Positions 17,959 to 20,000 of a DNA stretch of 20,000 bases are shown here, piece after piece. Position 1 is the first letter of the stretch; each line of letters opens with the position of its first letter. Source of the stretch: an uncultured virus (IMG/VR IMGVR_UViG_3300010354_009789) (taxonomy: Duplodnaviria > Heunggongvirae > Uroviricota > Caudoviricetes); the IMG/VR virus record IMGVR_UViG_3300010354_009789. One strand, 5' to 3'. The translations under genes and the position numbers were made by a program. The notes below the pieces were generated by a model. That model was given only the letters and a program-made list of their open reading frames with translations, was not told the DNA's origin and ran no database searches.

Positions 17959-18225
17959 GATTAAGACTAGTTTGGGTGCCAATTCCACTTTAAAGAAAGG
18001 CCACGAATGCATTGCAGCAACAGATTTGCCTTCGATTCCCACTTCATCTACAATCTCCCACGAATCATCAGTCTCTTTGATGACAACGTAACCGGTGACT
18101 CCACCGATAGAGAGACAATTCAGAGCATACCTTTCTGCCCACGATTGTGTCTCATAGCTCAGAGAATGGTGATTCCAGAGTCCTTCAGATGAGGGCCCGA
18201 ATGTAATCACGTGAAAGGTTTTCAT
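17956..18225 (-). CDS. Small hypothetical protein (probable paralogue of 18582..18863)
   Basis: 89 aa; stop is the first triplet of repeat copy 6. Confidence 0.8.
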   Translation of the reverse strand: MKTFHVITFGPSSEGLWNHHSLSYETQSWAERYALNCLSIGGVTGYVVIKETDDSWEIVDEVGIEGKSVAAMHSWPFFKVELAPKLVLI

Positions 18226-18228
18226 GAT

Positions 18229-18384
18229 TCAGGAGATTGCACGAAGGTGTTTACGGGTATCGAAACCTTTAGAATGTTCTTCCTTGCGCAACTTAGCAGC
18301 AAGTTCAACAAACGAAACCGGTTGAGAATTTGCAACCATCACAAGTTGCTTCGATTGCAAATCACATGCCATTTGGTAAGACAT
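18229..18384 (-). CDS. Small hypothetical protein (51 aa)
   Basis: Hand-translated: MSYQMACDLQSKQLVMVANSQPVSFVELAAKLRKEEHSKGFDTRKHLRAIS; 2-3 nt gaps to both neighbours. Confidence 0.7.
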   Translation of the reverse strand: MSYQMACDLQSKQLVMVANSQPVSFVELAAKLRKEEHSKGFDTRKHLRAIS

Positions 18385-18386
18385 GA

Positions 18387-18509
18387 TTAACCCTCAAGAA
18401 TGTGGCACTGATTCAGACAACCACCGTATACCCGAAAGGCATACTGATAACCTTCAATCTTGGTATAGAAGCACATAACCGGATATCCGGCGTGATAGAG
18501 AGTGAACAT
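18387..18509 (-). CDS. Small hypothetical protein (40 aa)
   Basis: Hand-translated: MFTLYHAGYPVMCFYTKIEGYQYAFRVYGGCLNQCHILEG; follows repeat copy 7 with an AAGGAGG RBS. Confidence 0.7.
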   Translation of the reverse strand: MFTLYHAGYPVMCFYTKIEGYQYAFRVYGGCLNQCHILEG

Positions 18510-18522
18510 GGGTCTGTCCTCC

Positions 18523-18584
18523 TTTGGTATCTTCATCATAGGGTGCCAGGAGCATCTGGCGGGTTTTTCAGCACTGATGCATCA
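18523..18584 (-). promoter_or_regulatory. Intergenic repeat element copy 7
   Basis: TGA TGCATCAGTGCTGAA AAA CCCGCC N17 TATGAT GAAGATACCAAAGGAGG. Confidence 0.88.
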
Positions 18585-18863
18585 CATATGTTCACGCATC
18601 ACCCGGTGAGCATTTGATTCTACAACTTTCAGACCATCTTTGGTATCAGATACAAACCAGTCGCAGCACCTGTGACCACGTAGTGCAACTTGATCGATGA
18701 TCTTCCACGAATTCCCATAATATTCGATCATCACGTAATATTCATCTGCTGCACCATTAAGCATATGATTGAATGCCTGATATGCATCATACTCATTCTC
18801 ATGACGAAAATGATAATTTGAAACTTGACCGTCTAGAAGACTTGCGGTGATGATTTCAAACAT
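18582..18863 (-). CDS. Small hypothetical protein (probable paralogue of 17956..18225)
   Basis: 93 aa; bracketed exactly by repeat copies 8 and 7. Confidence 0.8.
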   Translation of the reverse strand: MFEIITASLLDGQVSNYHFRHENEYDAYQAFNHMLNGAADEYYVMIEYYGNSWKIIDQVALRGHRCCDWFVSDTKDGLKVVESNAHRVMREHM

Positions 18864-18880
18864 GGCAGGTATTTGATCTC

Positions 18881-18936
18881 AGTAATTTCATGATATGCCC
18901 CCAGAAGGTCCTGGAGGGCATTTCAGCAGATATTTA
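18881..18936 (-). promoter_or_regulatory. Intergenic repeat element copy 8 (diverged)
   Basis: TAA ATATCTGCTGAA ATG CCCTCC N17 TATCAT GAAATTAC. Confidence 0.8.
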
Positions 18937-19278
18937 GCGGGAGAGCAGCGCACGTGCAGCAACACCCGCGTTATAGGTGCGGAGAACAGCAGATGCGAAG
19001 CACTCACGCACCTGATCACCATGTGCTTCCCACCAAAGTTGTACAAATGCAATTGCATCTTGCACGAATGTGTATACCTTACGTGCGAATGCTTTGATCT
19101 CATCTTTATGATCACGCACGTTTGCATAAATCCAGAGCACAGTTGCAATCACAATTGCCAAGACTGTGGCCACGAAGTTTACAGTTTTGTTCAAAAGGTT
19201 CTTATAATCCACCTGAGAGAGTAAATCAATTGCATCATTCACAGGGGGGAATGATTTCGCAAAAGGTTGAGTGTTCAT
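18934..19278 (-). CDS. Putative membrane protein (114 aa)
   Basis: Start at AAATCATG (MNTQPFAKSFPPVNDAID...); one hydrophobic segment, FVATVLAIVIATVLWIYA. Confidence 0.75.
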   Translation of the reverse strand: MNTQPFAKSFPPVNDAIDLLSQVDYKNLLNKTVNFVATVLAIVIATVLWIYANVRDHKDEIKAFARKVYTFVQDAIAFVQLWWEAHGDQVRECFASAVLRTYNAGVAARALLSR

Positions 19279-19314
19279 GATTTGAAAAGAAATACTTTTG
19301 GTGGGTTCTTTTCC

Positions 19315-19366
19315 CACCTGATGTCACCATAGCACTCATACCTCTCAGCGGAGTGCTGCAGATACG
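19315..19366 (-). promoter_or_regulatory. Possible degenerate ninth copy of the repeat element
   Basis: CGTATCTGCAGCACTCC...GAGTGC TATGGT GACATCAGG; carries ATCTGC, an AGCACTC/GAGTGCT hairpin and a -10-like hexamer, but lacks GCTGAA at the 26-nt spacing. Confidence 0.4.
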
Positions 19367-19369
19367 AAT

Positions 19370-19625
19370 CTTAGCTGCTGTACAGCACTCTACAGCACAT
19401 ATACATCTAGATTACCTCTGAGGCACTCTACAGCACTAGTGCCTCATTCTACAGCACGCACATGGATTAATATTGGCCGCGGCATTCTGCAGCATCATGA
19501 TGTATACATGAGGCTACATATGAGGCATATATGATGCATCTAGACATCACAGCACATCTGATGCATATATGCTACGCATCACATCTGACGCACATGTACA
19601 TCGCGTATACGTGTGAGAGGGAATC
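19370..19625. repeat. Non-coding region with short dispersed direct repeats
   Basis: GCACTCTACAGCAC at 19385-19398 and 19423-19436, further (C)TACAGCAC at 19381 and 19449, and ATGAGGC twice near 19508-19526. Confidence 0.7.
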
Positions 19626-19630
19626 TAGAC

Positions 19631-19792
19631 TTACCAGAGATCATCTGTGTTGAGTTCTTTTACATCTACCTCTAGATGTTCGCCACCTTCTAGATTTAAA
19701 ATTGTATCCCAATCCAAATTCTTGGGATCAAAATCATCCATCACTTCTAGATCTAGAGTAATTCTGTACCTATGCATCTGTGCGTATACCAT
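19631..19792 (-). CDS. Small acidic hypothetical protein (53 aa)
   Basis: Hand-translated: MVYAQMHRYRITLDLEVMDDFDPKNLDWDTILNLEGGEHLEVDVKELNTDDLW; directly downstream of a sigma70-like promoter. Confidence 0.75.
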   Translation of the reverse strand: MVYAQMHRYRITLDLEVMDDFDPKNLDWDTILNLEGGEHLEVDVKELNTDDLW

Positions 19793-19816
19793 AAGAACTC
19801 TTTGAACTCTACGTGT

Positions 19817-19845
19817 ATTATAGCGTGTCTAGTGCATTCCCGCAA
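19817..19845 (-). promoter_or_regulatory. Sigma70-type (early) promoter
   Basis: TTGCGG-N17-TATAAT, 24 nt upstream of the ATG at 19792. Confidence 0.75.
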
Positions 19846-19906
19846 GGGTGTATGTATATATGCAGCATATGTGAAAATCTAGTTGTATGTGTGTGAGTAT
19901 CATGAT

Positions 19907-20000
19907 ATGTGTGATTCTAGATGCATGAATCTAGTTGTGTATGTGATGCATGTGTGATTCTAGATGCATGAATCTAGTTGTGTATGTGATGCATGTGTGA
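19907..20000. repeat. 43-bp perfect tandem repeat, at least 2.2 copies, truncated by the window end
   Basis: ATGTGTGATTCTAGATGCATGAATCTAGTTGTGTATGTGATGC starts at 19907, 19950 and 19993 (partial). Confidence 0.92.

Noticed and set aside
17956..18863. Diversity-generating retroelement template/variable repeat pair
   Set aside because: Similarity is visible only at the protein level, there is no adenine-specific near-identical DNA repeat, and no reverse transcriptase is in the window.
15481..18936. Repeats as a CRISPR array
   Set aside because: Intervening sequences are 180-660 bp, irregular and protein-coding; the repeats vary internally; there are no cas genes in the window.
15481..18936. 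Repeats as classical integron attC sites
   Set aside because: No RYYYAAC/GTTRRRY ends, no full-length palindrome (hairpins occur in only some copies) and no integrase in the window.
14307..19224. Plus-strand ORFs such as 15269..15823, 16151..16639 and 16581..17231
   Set aside because: They are antisense to well-punctuated minus-strand genes and read through the repeats; the recurring WYLHH...GGFFSR text is just the translated repeat.

Overview
The window looks like part of a T4-like cyanophage (cyanomyovirus-type) genome, with essentially all genes on the minus strand. Left part (1-11.7 kb): the baseplate wedge block gp25-gp6-gp7. The giant gp7-like ORF starts at 9387 and runs off the window; it is missing from the supplied ORF track. 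Middle (11.7-14.1 kb): a cluster encoding an HNH endonuclease, a GT-A-fold glycosyltransferase-like protein, a 46-aa basic peptide, an ATP-grasp-like protein and an acidic protein, with two CTAAATA late-promoter motifs. Right part (14.2-20 kb): an accessory array of about 19 small genes. It is punctuated by 8 copies (plus 1 degenerate copy) of a ~60-bp element with rigid internal spacing (GCTGAA-N3-CCC[T/G][C/T]C-N17-TANNAT-GAAGATAC). The element usually begins exactly at the stop codon of one gene and leads into the start of the next, like a promoter-bearing cassette joint. The array includes an apparent cyAbrB-N/ArdA-like fusion, a candidate structured small RNA, a lipoprotein and a divergent paralogue pair. 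It ends in a CTAG-rich repetitive zone with a 43-bp tandem repeat. Family calls come from motif recognition by eye; no database search was run.
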